From positions 180,455 to 244,454 of the forward strand of contig JADHSM010000001.1 of the NCBI GenBank assembly GCA_016776905.1: a DNA stretch of 64,000 bases, in the 5' to 3' direction. Within the stretch, counting starts at the first letter, position 1. Each line of letters begins with the position of its first letter. Below, piece by piece: positions 53,572-63,152 of the stretch. The notes below the pieces were generated by a model that was not told the DNA's origin, ran no database searches, and was given only the letters and a program-made list of their open reading frames with translations. This stretch comes from Planctomycetota bacterium (GTDB taxonomy: Bacteria > Planctomycetota > UBA8108 > UBA1146). Position numbers and translations under genes: made by a program.

Positions 53572-55290
53572 ATGTCACAGGCCATCGCACGCTTTAATCG
53601 AAGACTTGGGAAAATCCTTGCTCGCCACAGGTTGGTCGAGGATCAAGCAATCGATGAAGCGATTCAACGTTCAGGAGAAGGGGGATCTGTCATGCGGATC
53701 CTCATCGAAGAGGGACAGGTTGCCGAGGACGAGTTTCTTGGAATCCTAGCGATGGAAACCGGAGTCGCTCCTATTGATCTGGGACGACTGTCGATGGATG
53801 AGAATCCTTATGAAGAATTGAAAGAAAAGATCGCCCGTTCTTGCAAAGTCTTACCCGTTGCGCATGCCGCGGGTGTCTTGACAGTCGCGATTGCTGATCC
53901 TCACGACATTCTTCTGCTCGACGAAATCAGAAATATGACACGGTGCCAAGTTCAGCCTGTCCTTGCTTGTGATTTTCGGATCGAAGAAGCGATTGATCGA
54001 CTCTATGGAGACGGTCGTAAAGAAATTGAAGAAGTCCTCGAGGATTATGGCCACTTAGACCTAGAACTCCGCGAAGGACACGATGAAGTAGACGAGGCGA
54101 TACAGGAGCTCTCTTTCGAAGGAGATGAGTCTCCAGTCGTCAAAATCGTCAATCATATTATCTACCAGGCACTGAGAGAGCGTGCTTCGGATATCCACGT
54201 CGAACCTCAAGAGAGGTCGATTCGAGTACGTTACAGATCTGATGGAGTATTGAGCGAAGCTCAACAACCTCCTGCACAGCTTCGTGCATCCATTGTTAGT
54301 CGTCTAAAGATCATGGCCGGACTGGATATCGCGGAGAGACGTATTCCACAAGATGGAAAGTTTCAACTTCGAATAGAAGGCCGCCAAGTTGATTTCAGAG
54401 TCTCTACTTTACCGACAGTGCACGGTGAAAAAGTGGTACTGAGGATTCTTGATTCCTCAAACCTGGCATTAAATCTGGAAAGTTTGGGTTTTGAAGAGAA
54501 GGCATTAAGAGATATCCGAAGTGCCATTTCTAGCTCATACGGAATGCTTTTGGTCACTGGGCCAACAGGCTCTGGTAAATCAACGACTCTTTACTCATGT
54601 GTGAATGAGGTTCTGTCTCCGACAGAAAATATCACAACAGTGGAAGACCCTGTTGAGTATCAGATTGAGGGAGTCGTTCAGGTTCCCGTCAACGCGAAGA
54701 GAGGCCTGACCTTTTCTAGGGCACTTCGTTCTATTCTTCGCCAGGACCCTGACACCGTCATGATCGGTGAGATCAGAGATCTTGAAACTGCGGAAATCGC
54801 CGTCAAGGCTGCCCTCACAGGGCATCGTGTTTTCTCAACCTTGCATACAAATGATGCACCTTCGACAGTGACGCGAATGGTCGATATGGGTATCGATCCT
54901 TTCCTTGTTGCTTCTTCGACCCAATGCATTGCTGCTCAAAGGCTTTGCAGGCGTCTCTGTGAAGACTGCAAGCAAGACGCAGGAGAATTGCCTTCAGAGA
55001 GACTTGTCGCGCTGGGATTCACGCCTGAAGAAGCGGAAGGGGCTCAGCTGTTTGAACCCCATGGGTGCGCCCGTTGTCAGGGTGGATACAGGGGAAGGTT
55101 TGCGTTGTTAGAAACGATGCCCCTCGACGAAGCTGTTCGACGAGTCGTTGTCGCTGGTGGTTCAGCGCTCGAAATCCGTGACGTAGCCATGGCCAATGGA
55201 ATGCAAACCCTCAGGAGGGTTGGAATCCTTAATTCGCTTAGAGGGAAAACTTCACTTGAGGAAGTACTCCGAGTGACACAGGGCGATTAG
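53572..55290 (+). CDS. pilB: Type IV pilus assembly ATPase PilB (GspE family) with N-terminal MshEN/T2SE_Nter-like motif
   Basis: Walker A GPTGSGKSTTLYS. Tetracysteine (CEDCKQ...CARCQGGYRGR). N-terminal RLGKILARHRLVEDQAIDEAIQ. Confidence 0.9.
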   Translation: MSQAIARFNRRLGKILARHRLVEDQAIDEAIQRSGEGGSVMRILIEEGQVAEDEFLGILAMETGVAPIDLGRLSMDENPYEELKEKIARSCKVLPVAHAAGVLTVAIADPHDILLLDEIRNMTRCQVQPVLACDFRIEEAIDRLYGDGRKEIEEVLEDYGHLDLELREGHDEVDEAIQELSFEGDESPVVKIVNHIIYQALRERASDIHVEPQERSIRVRYRSDGVLSEAQQPPAQLRASIVSRLKIMAGLDIAERRIPQDGKFQLRIEGRQVDFRVSTLPTVHGEKVVLRILDSSNLALNLESLGFEEKALRDIRSAISSSYGMLLVTGPTGSGKSTTLYSCVNEVLSPTENITTVEDPVEYQIEGVVQVPVNAKRGLTFSRALRSILRQDPDTVMIGEIRDLETAEIAVKAALTGHRVFSTLHTNDAPSTVTRMVDMGIDPFLVASSTQCIAAQRLCRRLCEDCKQDAGELPSERLVALGFTPEEAEGAQLFEPHGCARCQGGYRGRFALLETMPLDEAVRRVVVAGGSALEIRDVAMANGMQTLRRVGILNSLRGKTSLEEVLRVTQGD

Positions 55291-55308
55291 AAAAACAGGA
55301 GACATGGA

Positions 55309-56550
55309 ATGAAAAATTACGATTACAAATCCCGAAACCCACAGGGGAAATCAGTCACTGGCGTGATCGAGGCTGAAACTGAATCAGAAGCGATTCAGGA
55401 GTTGCGTCGACGTGGTCTCACTGTGACTTCTATTCAGGGAAACAAGAGCTTTAAGAAGAAAGGGAAACTTTCCTTTTCGCTGCCGAATTTTTCGACATCT
55501 GTGAACTCTTTGAGCAAACGAATTCCACGGAAGGAAATCGTACCTGTGGCACGTCAGTTGGCCACCATGTTTGAATCAGGAATCCCGCTCGTCGAGTCTC
55601 TCGAAGTTATCGAAGAGCAGTGTGACAATGAAAATCTTAAATCTGTTCTGGGAGATATCGCTTCCGAGGTGAGACAGGGAAAAGACTTCTCTCATGCACT
55701 CTCTCGCCATCCGAAGGTGTTTGATAACATCTTCATCAATATGATTAAAGCGGGAGAAGCGAGTGGACAACTCGATGACGTTCTCGATCGACTCGCGACT
55801 CATATGGAAGAATCAGAAGAGCTCAAAGGCGAGATTAAATCTGCGATGACATATCCAGTCGTCAGCCTTGTGATGATTTGTTGCATCAGCCTAGGACTGC
55901 TCGTTTTCGTTCTTCCCCAGTTTCGAGATATTTTCGATAGCCTCAAGCAAGACATGCCAATATTGACGGAGGCGGTCATGAACTTGAGTGACCTTGCTCA
56001 ATCAAACTTTGGACTGATCTTGTTTTCGGTTCTGGGTTCCATCCTTGGAACCAGAATGTTGATCAATACTCATCGGGGTAGAAGAGTCTGGGACGCATTG
56101 ATTCTACGGATACCCATCTTTGGCCCACTGATGCAGAAGACTATTGTGAGTCGATTCAGCGGTACTTTTGCTACGCTCATCAGGAGTGGAGTACCGATTT
56201 TAGGTGCGTTGGAAATCGTAAGTAAAACAACAGGAAATGTTCATTATTCAGAAGCGATTGAGAAATCAGCCGAGGCTGTTCGCCAGGGTGAAAATCTTGG
56301 TAATCCTCTCAGCAGAACAAAAAGATTCCCTCCCATGGTTTGCAGAATGATCGCTATCGGAGAGAGATCTGGATCACTAGAGCAATTACTTGAAAAGGTC
56401 TCGCAGTTTTACGACTCAGAAGTTCGTTCCACAGTGAAACAATTGACCTCACTGATCGAACCATTCCTGATTCTCATTATGGGTGGAGTGGTGGGAACCA
56501 TGGTTCTCGCGATGTTCCTTCCTTTGTTGCAGATGATCGGAAACATGTAA
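55309..56550 (+). CDS. pilC: Type IV pilus inner-membrane platform protein PilC (GspF family)
   Basis: Two GspF-type repeats and 3-4 transmembrane helices. N-terminus MKNYDYKSRNPQGK...EAIQELRRRGL is typical of PilC. AGGAG ribosome-binding site. Confidence 0.85.
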   Translation: MKNYDYKSRNPQGKSVTGVIEAETESEAIQELRRRGLTVTSIQGNKSFKKKGKLSFSLPNFSTSVNSLSKRIPRKEIVPVARQLATMFESGIPLVESLEVIEEQCDNENLKSVLGDIASEVRQGKDFSHALSRHPKVFDNIFINMIKAGEASGQLDDVLDRLATHMEESEELKGEIKSAMTYPVVSLVMICCISLGLLVFVLPQFRDIFDSLKQDMPILTEAVMNLSDLAQSNFGLILFSVLGSILGTRMLINTHRGRRVWDALILRIPIFGPLMQKTIVSRFSGTFATLIRSGVPILGALEIVSKTTGNVHYSEAIEKSAEAVRQGENLGNPLSRTKRFPPMVCRMIAIGERSGSLEQLLEKVSQFYDSEVRSTVKQLTSLIEPFLILIMGGVVGTMVLAMFLPLLQMIGNM

Positions 56551-56572
56551 TCAGACTGGGGGCTGTTTCGAA

Positions 56573-58102
56573 ATGGGAGTGATGACTCAGGATACAATGA
56601 CGAGATTAGCAACGAGAATCAGTATGCCGATGGTAGGTTTTTGCCTCCTTGGTTTACTGACGGATGATGCTGTGTCTTCTTCTGTTCTGATTATCTTGTC
56701 GACTTGGACCGGCTTGACGATGGGCACCTTGCTCAGTCCTGGCCTCCGTCGATCCCGAGATACTATTGATCTGGTGGGATCTCTCATTTTGACGTGTTCG
56801 ACAGGTTTCTTTGCATCTCCATTTGTACCGGTTTTATTGTTGGTCGTTGCCCTTTCTGGGTTTCGATATGGAGCAAGAAGAGCACTTCGACAAGCGTTTG
56901 TCACCACCGTTGTGATCGCTATGGCTTTCATGATGACGGCCTCCGAATCCGTATCCGTTTCCCATTTCTTGGGAAGTATATTAGCGCTATCTCTCGCATT
57001 GCATGGATTGGCTCTTCTGGGAGGTCGACTGGCTGGAAGATGGCATGACCTTGAAGAGCAACATGATCAAATCCTCTGGGCTTTGGAGGAAGGGATCGTT
57101 GTCACTGATCGTTCTGGGTTTGTGATAGAAGCGAATCCAGCGGCCAAATCATTCCTTAGATTCCCAACAGTGAAATCTTGGGAGGGTGTCGCACTCAATG
57201 TGTTGTTGCGCCGAAACTCTGATAGAGAGTTCATGGAAGCGTTGACTCAGCCAGCAGACACGCAAAGAGACGTCCAGTGGAATGGTCGAGACGGTATAGA
57301 AAGATCATTTAGGATTCGAACTACTTTACTTGAATCAGGTCTTCTACTCTCCGTTTTCACCGACCGGACTGCTGAGCGCAGGGCATTCGAGGCTGAAGCG
57401 CGACTGACACATCTACAGGAGTTAGATGAACTGTCATTAGGACTTGCTCATGAAATCAGAAATCCTCTGGCTTCGCTCAGAGGAGCTGCAGAAGAACTTT
57501 CCGCCGGACGACTCAGCGAAGTCCAGACCGAGAGAATGACTCGAATCATTACCCGGGAATCAGATCGTTTGGATCGTACGGTTAATAATTTCCTCGATTA
57601 TTCAGCAAGAAGGAAAACTCAGAAGAGTCAAAAAGTTGAAGCCTCGAAGGGTGTTAATGAAGTTATTGAGACGATTCGAGAGAGAACCGATTGCTCAGAT
57701 ATGTCCATCTGCTCAGAGATCGAATCTGGATTGTTTATTCAGAGTGATCGAGATGCATGGAACAGCATTGTCAGCAATCTAGCCATCAATGCGATCGAGG
57801 CTTGTTCTGGAGTTGGGGTCTTAAAGATCTCGTTGTCTCAGGAAGAGAAGATGATTCTTCTTCGTGTTTCCGACGACGGACCCGGCATGTCAGAAGCCGT
57901 AAAGAAAAAAGTCTTTCATCCATTTTTTACAACTAAGCCTCGAGAGGGGGGCCTTGGCCTCGCGATCGTAAGGAAAATTGTTGAAGAATCGGGTGGTTGG
58001 ATTGATCTCGAAACCGGGGTTGATTCTGGAACTGAATTCACAATAGGAATTCCAGGGATCTTTGAAGAAGAGATTTTTGAAATGAAGGCAGGTCAGAGTT
58101 GA
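56573..58102 (+). CDS. Sensor histidine kinase (PilS-like; polytopic N-terminus, PAS-like domain, HisKA, HATPase)
   Basis: Six N-terminal transmembrane helices. H-box LAHEIRNPLASLRGAAEEL. G-boxes DDGPGMS...GGLGLAI. Confidence 0.75.
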   Translation: MGVMTQDTMTRLATRISMPMVGFCLLGLLTDDAVSSSVLIILSTWTGLTMGTLLSPGLRRSRDTIDLVGSLILTCSTGFFASPFVPVLLLVVALSGFRYGARRALRQAFVTTVVIAMAFMMTASESVSVSHFLGSILALSLALHGLALLGGRLAGRWHDLEEQHDQILWALEEGIVVTDRSGFVIEANPAAKSFLRFPTVKSWEGVALNVLLRRNSDREFMEALTQPADTQRDVQWNGRDGIERSFRIRTTLLESGLLLSVFTDRTAERRAFEAEARLTHLQELDELSLGLAHEIRNPLASLRGAAEELSAGRLSEVQTERMTRIITRESDRLDRTVNNFLDYSARRKTQKSQKVEASKGVNEVIETIRERTDCSDMSICSEIESGLFIQSDRDAWNSIVSNLAINAIEACSGVGVLKISLSQEEKMILLRVSDDGPGMSEAVKKKVFHPFFTTKPREGGLGLAIVRKIVEESGGWIDLETGVDSGTEFTIGIPGIFEEEIFEMKAGQS

Positions 58103-59517
58103 AGAATACTGCACACGATATACTGATCGTGGATGACGAACTCAGCATGCGCGAGTTCTTGGAGATTATTCTCTCCAATGAGGGCTATTCGGTACGCTGT
58201 GCCGAATCTGGTGAAGAGGCTCTTCAGATTCTCGAAAATGAGGGTGCCCGTGTATTCATGCAAGATCTTCGCATGGGTGGTCTTGATGGTATGAACTTGC
58301 TGGACAAAGCACGTGAAGTTGCCCCGAATATGCCTGTCATAGTGATGACTGCATATTCCACTTCTGATGTTGCTGTCGAGGCGATGCGGCATGGAGGCTT
58401 CGATTTTCTTCGTAAGCCATTCCAAAACGAAGAGGTTAAGGGTGCCGTCAAACGAGCTCTTGATTCGACTCATCGTGGACAACAGCGTGTTCAGAATCTT
58501 CGTCAACGGATGGTTGGAAACACTCCTGTGATGAGAGATCTTTTTAGTATGGTCGAAAGAATCGCTCCCACAGATTCGACAGTATTTGTGACCGGCGAAA
58601 GCGGTTGTGGTAAAGAACTGATAGCCCGAGCTATCCATGATGGCTCTCAACGTAACAATTCTCAATTTGTAGCTGTGAACTGTTCTGCATTTACCGAAGG
58701 ACTGTTGGAGAGTGAACTCTTTGGTCACATCAAAGGCGCATTTACAGGTGCTGTAGAAGAACGTAAAGGTGTATTTTTGAGCGCCAATGGAGGAACACTG
58801 TTCCTCGACGAGGTCGCTGATATGAGTCTTTCTACACAAGTCCGAATCCTCCGAGCACTCGAAGACAGAAGAGTGGTACCTGTCGGTGGTGATGTCGAAA
58901 TCGAAACAGATGTTCGTATTATCGCAGCCACAAATAAGGATTTAGAGAAAGAGGTCCGGGAAGGGCGATTCCGTGAAGACCTGTACTACCGATTAAATGT
59001 AATACCGCTTCACCTCCCTCCATTGCGTGATCGTAAGGAAGATCTTCCACTTCTAGCGGGGCACTTCATTCGTCGTCATGCAGAGGCGATGGGGAAACCC
59101 GTAAAGGGGCTCTCTGAGACGGCATATTCGACTCTTGCTGGTCATGATTGGCCAGGGAATGTCAGAGAACTCGAAAATGTGATACAGCGTCATGTGGCAC
59201 TTTCAGAGGGTGATCAAATCGAGAATCTTGATATTCCTCGTACCTCGAATACCTTGTCGTCGGTGACGACTGACGAATCTGGTGCTGTTGAAGATTCATG
59301 CAAAACGATATCGACGTCGGAGGTGAATTTCCCTGATTCCGGATGCAATCTTGAAAAGCGGCTAGAGAGCTATGAGAAAGATCTCATTCTTCAGGCGCTC
59401 AAGAGATGTCAGGGAAATCAGACTAGAGCCGCGGACTTACTTCAAATCTCTTACCGACAGTTTCGATATCGTGCGGGTAAACTTGATCTTCAAATAAAAT
59501 CGACGGAGTTTGCTTAA
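58099..59517 (+). CDS. pilR: Sigma-54-dependent response regulator (PilR/NtrC family)
   Basis: REC domain (ILIVDDE...D54-like). AAA+ sigma54 activator domain (GESGCGKELIARAIH, GAFTGA, ESELFGH). C-terminal Fis-type HTH. Overlaps the kinase stop. Confidence 0.85.
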   Translation: MKNTAHDILIVDDELSMREFLEIILSNEGYSVRCAESGEEALQILENEGARVFMQDLRMGGLDGMNLLDKAREVAPNMPVIVMTAYSTSDVAVEAMRHGGFDFLRKPFQNEEVKGAVKRALDSTHRGQQRVQNLRQRMVGNTPVMRDLFSMVERIAPTDSTVFVTGESGCGKELIARAIHDGSQRNNSQFVAVNCSAFTEGLLESELFGHIKGAFTGAVEERKGVFLSANGGTLFLDEVADMSLSTQVRILRALEDRRVVPVGGDVEIETDVRIIAATNKDLEKEVREGRFREDLYYRLNVIPLHLPPLRDRKEDLPLLAGHFIRRHAEAMGKPVKGLSETAYSTLAGHDWPGNVRELENVIQRHVALSEGDQIENLDIPRTSNTLSSVTTDESGAVEDSCKTISTSEVNFPDSGCNLEKRLESYEKDLILQALKRCQGNQTRAADLLQISYRQFRYRAGKLDLQIKSTEFA

Positions 59518-61340
59518 TGGGTGACTCCCTCAGGTTTTTTCCCCATCGTCACGCGGGCCTAATGCTGGGATTTATTCTTTGCATGGGGCTACTGATTTGC
59601 CTGGAATCATCCGGAGATCCGGATGTCATTACCGGTGTATCGGAAGTGATGAATGAGGTGGGGATCTGGCCATTTGCAGAGGCGAGAGCGATCCATTTAG
59701 GAATCGAATCCGGAGTATCAAATTCTGGAAGCAAGCCTCTTTTGACTGCCTTGGCAGTCAGCACCTTTCATTTCTTTGGGCACGGGATCTCAACGCTACT
59801 GATTTTTTCAGCGATTCCATTCATGCTGTGTATTTTTACTGTGGCATATTATCTGTCATGGCGAAGAGGCAGTATTTATGGATTATTAGTCGCGGCTTGG
59901 ATGGCGCTGCAACCTAGTTTCGTCGCTTGGTCGAGTGTTCCATCTACGATTCCCCTTGCGGCCTTTATATGTTTGTTGCTTGTCCTGAATGCCGGTCGAG
60001 CCTACCGTTGGGCGCCATGGATTTCATTGCTGTTGGGCGGCGTAGCCACATGGGGTTTGAGTCCACTCGTGATGGTGGCATTACCTGCATGCTGGATAGA
60101 AGGCGTTCGAAGAGAACTTCCCGAGAAACTGAAAGTGGGAGGTTGGAGTCTTAGTCTAGCGTTTCTGTGCACCTTACTGGGTCTCTCATTTCTTGGCGGA
60201 GACCTTCAGACTCTTTGTCGAGGTATCTCCGGAGTCTCTGGAGAAATGGAAACAGGATCATTTGTTTCCTTCTTAGCGGTGGAACCCGGTTCGTTTCTTT
60301 TGCTACTTCTGGCATTGGTGGCTGGATTTCGAAAGACTGAGCCTGGATTAAGACCTTTGACGGCTATGATTGTCACAGGTTCCGTTCCGTGGTTGATCGC
60401 TGGAGAACTCCATCTGTTTCCTCTGATCGTATTATTCCCCTCAGCTTTATTATTGATCGTTGATACCTTCGCCGACCGAAGTCGGGTCAAGGTATTGGAG
60501 GTTTCCAATAGCGGTAAGGGAATGCGTGAAGCACTTTATGTCTTCATTTTTGCACTCTTATTGGGTGGTGGAGTGATGTCTAGCTTAGTCCATAGCCCGA
60601 AGATTGTTTGGTTCGGTTCTGTCCTTCTTGGTGCTTCAATAGTTGGATTATTGGTGGCCGTTAGGTCAGGATTTGATCGATCCACTGCAGCATGGGTCGG
60701 TCTCTTGACTCTTTTCTGCCTACTCTTGCCCGTCAATTTGAATCGTATCGCTCACACAACAGATCGTTGGGAAATCGCTCGAAATGAATTAGATCGTTTG
60801 ATTCCGCAAGGAGAACCCATCTCCGGGAAATATGCACACGCTCTCGTTTTGGATTCTGATCGGACGGCATTTAAGACTTCGAAGCATCTCAACTTAGAAG
60901 TTACGGATGAGAACTCGGCAAGGGGACTTCAACTAGAGACTTACCGGTTATTCGATAAATCGATTCTTCTTCAAAGGAGAGAAGGAGCCGCTCGAAGTCT
61001 GTTTGAAATAGCCGTTTTCCAACATCAAATGGGTGATCATTCAGAGTCGAGAAAAACACTGTCCGAGATATTGAAAAAAGATCCCAAATGTAGTCCTGCT
61101 TGGGAGCTCTTGGCGCTACTGCTTCAAGAAGGTGGAATCGAAGATATGGCTGCTGAATGTTATTTCTTTGCTCTTCAGGGTGATCCTTGGCGGGTACGAT
61201 CGCATCAGCAGTTAGCCCTGTTATATGCGGATCAAGGATTCTTTAGGGAAGCGCTCTATCACTTGTCCCGAAGCGAACATCAAAAGTATGTTCAGTTTCC
61301 TTTTGGAGAATCCATTTCTTCAACTCCAAATCGCCGGTAA
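59517..61340 (+). CDS. Polytopic membrane protein (GT-C/ArnT-PMT-like fold) with C-terminal TPR repeats; putative glycosyltransferase
   Basis: About 11 predicted transmembrane helices followed by a soluble TPR-like C-terminus (SPAWELLALLLQEGG...ALQGDPWRVRSHQQLALLYADQG). Follows pilR with a 1-nt overlap. Confidence 0.4.
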   Translation: MGDSLRFFPHRHAGLMLGFILCMGLLICLESSGDPDVITGVSEVMNEVGIWPFAEARAIHLGIESGVSNSGSKPLLTALAVSTFHFFGHGISTLLIFSAIPFMLCIFTVAYYLSWRRGSIYGLLVAAWMALQPSFVAWSSVPSTIPLAAFICLLLVLNAGRAYRWAPWISLLLGGVATWGLSPLVMVALPACWIEGVRRELPEKLKVGGWSLSLAFLCTLLGLSFLGGDLQTLCRGISGVSGEMETGSFVSFLAVEPGSFLLLLLALVAGFRKTEPGLRPLTAMIVTGSVPWLIAGELHLFPLIVLFPSALLLIVDTFADRSRVKVLEVSNSGKGMREALYVFIFALLLGGGVMSSLVHSPKIVWFGSVLLGASIVGLLVAVRSGFDRSTAAWVGLLTLFCLLLPVNLNRIAHTTDRWEIARNELDRLIPQGEPISGKYAHALVLDSDRTAFKTSKHLNLEVTDENSARGLQLETYRLFDKSILLQRREGAARSLFEIAVFQHQMGDHSESRKTLSEILKKDPKCSPAWELLALLLQEGGIEDMAAECYFFALQGDPWRVRSHQQLALLYADQGFFREALYHLSRSEHQKYVQFPFGESISSTPNRR

Positions 61341-61845
61341 ATCCACCGAGTGTTCCATTGGATGCCACAATCCTGTGACAAGGTATCCTGAGTGGGAATG
61401 GATTTTTTCCACAAGCGGATCCTACCGCTCGTACGGCTTTAGAATTCCCTGAGCGATCTGCAAGCTCCTTGTAACTCCAGTAATCTCCATGAGGGCACTG
61501 TTCTAGAATCTTCCAGATTCGTTGTTGGAATGCTGTTCCCGAATCCAGGTTTGGGAACCAGTCCCATTCAACAGGTTCACCATGAAGGGCCTGAATCAAT
61601 TGTTCTTCCAATATTGAAGGCAGAGATTTTTGAGTGAGTTGCCCAGGCATGGATTCAGGAAGAGATCTTTTCAATAACTGAGTTTTATCCGGGGAGAGAG
61701 TGATCGCCAGAAGGGTGTTCGGTTCACTCCAAATCACACCTAAGCCTGTTTGAAGGCGTCCTAGATCCACGATTTGGTGATTCCAATGAAGCTGATTCAA
61801 GTTTCCTCCACAGGAGCAGTCTCTCCGATAAGTCAATCGCAGCAA
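61243..61845 (-). CDS. ogt: Methylated-DNA--protein-cysteine methyltransferase (Ogt/MGMT)
   Basis: Active-site PCHRIV and the HTH region YKELADRSGNSKAVRAVGSACGKNP. The 3' end overlaps the convergent upstream gene by about 98 bp. Confidence 0.75.
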   Translation of the reverse strand: MLRLTYRRDCSCGGNLNQLHWNHQIVDLGRLQTGLGVIWSEPNTLLAITLSPDKTQLLKRSLPESMPGQLTQKSLPSILEEQLIQALHGEPVEWDWFPNLDSGTAFQQRIWKILEQCPHGDYWSYKELADRSGNSKAVRAVGSACGKNPFPLRIPCHRIVASNGTLGGFTGDLELKKWILQKETEHTFDVRFGTSDRALP

Positions 61846-61899
61846 AGTGTGAAGGTTTTAAACTGACGGGTTGATGGTTTCAGGTGAGGGTTTCAAGAT

Positions 61900-63150
61900 G
61901 TGGGGAGATGTCATGTTCTTGTCGTGGGAGGTCCTGAAGTGAAATTCTCTGAAGTGGTTCGAGATCCCGTGCATGGTCTTGTTCGCCTAGAAGAAGCGGA
62001 CATGGCTTTCGTCGATAGTATTCCATTTCAGCGATTGCGTCACATCTCCCAACTGGGGCTGACCAATCGGGTCTATCCCGGTGCATGTCACAGTCGATTT
62101 GAACATGCGCTAGGGACGATGGAGGTGACGACCCGATTACTGGAAGAAATGAAATCCAGATTGGGAATGGACGCGCTTCTCGGACTTCTGGCTCTTCCAG
62201 TTACTGAAGACGCTTACGAGGGGCTCCTTCGAGTCTCCCGACTTGTCGCTTTACTGCATGATCTCGGGCATCCACCATTTTCCCATGTGACGGAACATCT
62301 GTTACCCGGTGGGATGCATGAAGAACTATCTCTGGCGATTCTTGATCATCCTGATCTCCTTCGTGCTTTTGATGCCAGAGAAGACGATCTCTTGCCATCA
62401 GTACGAGAAGTGATGGACCCGGCGAGATCAGATCTTCTTCCTCATCTCAGGTTTATTAGATCGCTGGTGAGTGGTGAGTTTGGTTCTGATCGTATGGATT
62501 ATCTGCTGAGAGATGCTCATCACGTAGGTGTGGAATATGGAACGTTTGATTTACCTCGTATACAGCACACTCTTCTTCCTGTCGAAACAGAAGAGGGAGT
62601 GAAGTTAGGGATTGAAAGAGGGGGGCTACTGGCAGCGGAAGGTTTGCAGTGGGCACGCTTCTCTATGTTTACCCAAGTCTACTTTCATAGAACTCGTAGA
62701 ATCCTCGATCTACATCTCGTTGATTTTTTAACTCAGACTCTGGAAGGTCGAAGATATCCGGAAGAACCTGAGGAGTACCTTCGTTGGGATGATCTTCGTG
62801 TCCACCAGATGTTGATTGAAGCAGACATGGATACGGCCCATCCCGCTCATGGTTCTGCGCGAAAGATCATTCGTCGGCAGCAGCACAGGCCTCTCAAGGA
62901 GGTTATCGAAGGACATGATATTGAAGAGGTTGCAGAGCGACTCGCATTTAGGGTGAATGAGATCAGGGCGAATGAACCTGATAAGGACCCGATGGCTGAT
63001 GTTGTGAGTCCTCCTCCTGATTTATCTAAAGGCGGAGATCTTCCGGTCGTGATCGAGAATGGCGAAGTCCGTCGACTTTCGGAACTCAGTTCATTAGTGG
63101 GCCGATTACGAGTCAAGCCACATGGACGCATATACTGCGCGACCTGCTGA
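61900..63150 (+). CDS. HD-domain dNTP triphosphohydrolase-like protein (Dgt/SAMHD1 family)
   Basis: VRDPVHGLV...IPFQRLRHISQLG...YPGACHSRFEHALGT, HDLGHPPFSH, and DRMDYLLRDAHHVG are the family signatures. The true start may be a downstream GTG near 61948. Confidence 0.7.
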   Translation: MGRCHVLVVGGPEVKFSEVVRDPVHGLVRLEEADMAFVDSIPFQRLRHISQLGLTNRVYPGACHSRFEHALGTMEVTTRLLEEMKSRLGMDALLGLLALPVTEDAYEGLLRVSRLVALLHDLGHPPFSHVTEHLLPGGMHEELSLAILDHPDLLRAFDAREDDLLPSVREVMDPARSDLLPHLRFIRSLVSGEFGSDRMDYLLRDAHHVGVEYGTFDLPRIQHTLLPVETEEGVKLGIERGGLLAAEGLQWARFSMFTQVYFHRTRRILDLHLVDFLTQTLEGRRYPEEPEEYLRWDDLRVHQMLIEADMDTAHPAHGSARKIIRRQQHRPLKEVIEGHDIEEVAERLAFRVNEIRANEPDKDPMADVVSPPPDLSKGGDLPVVIENGEVRRLSELSSLVGRLRVKPHGRIYCATC

Positions 63151-63152
63151 GA

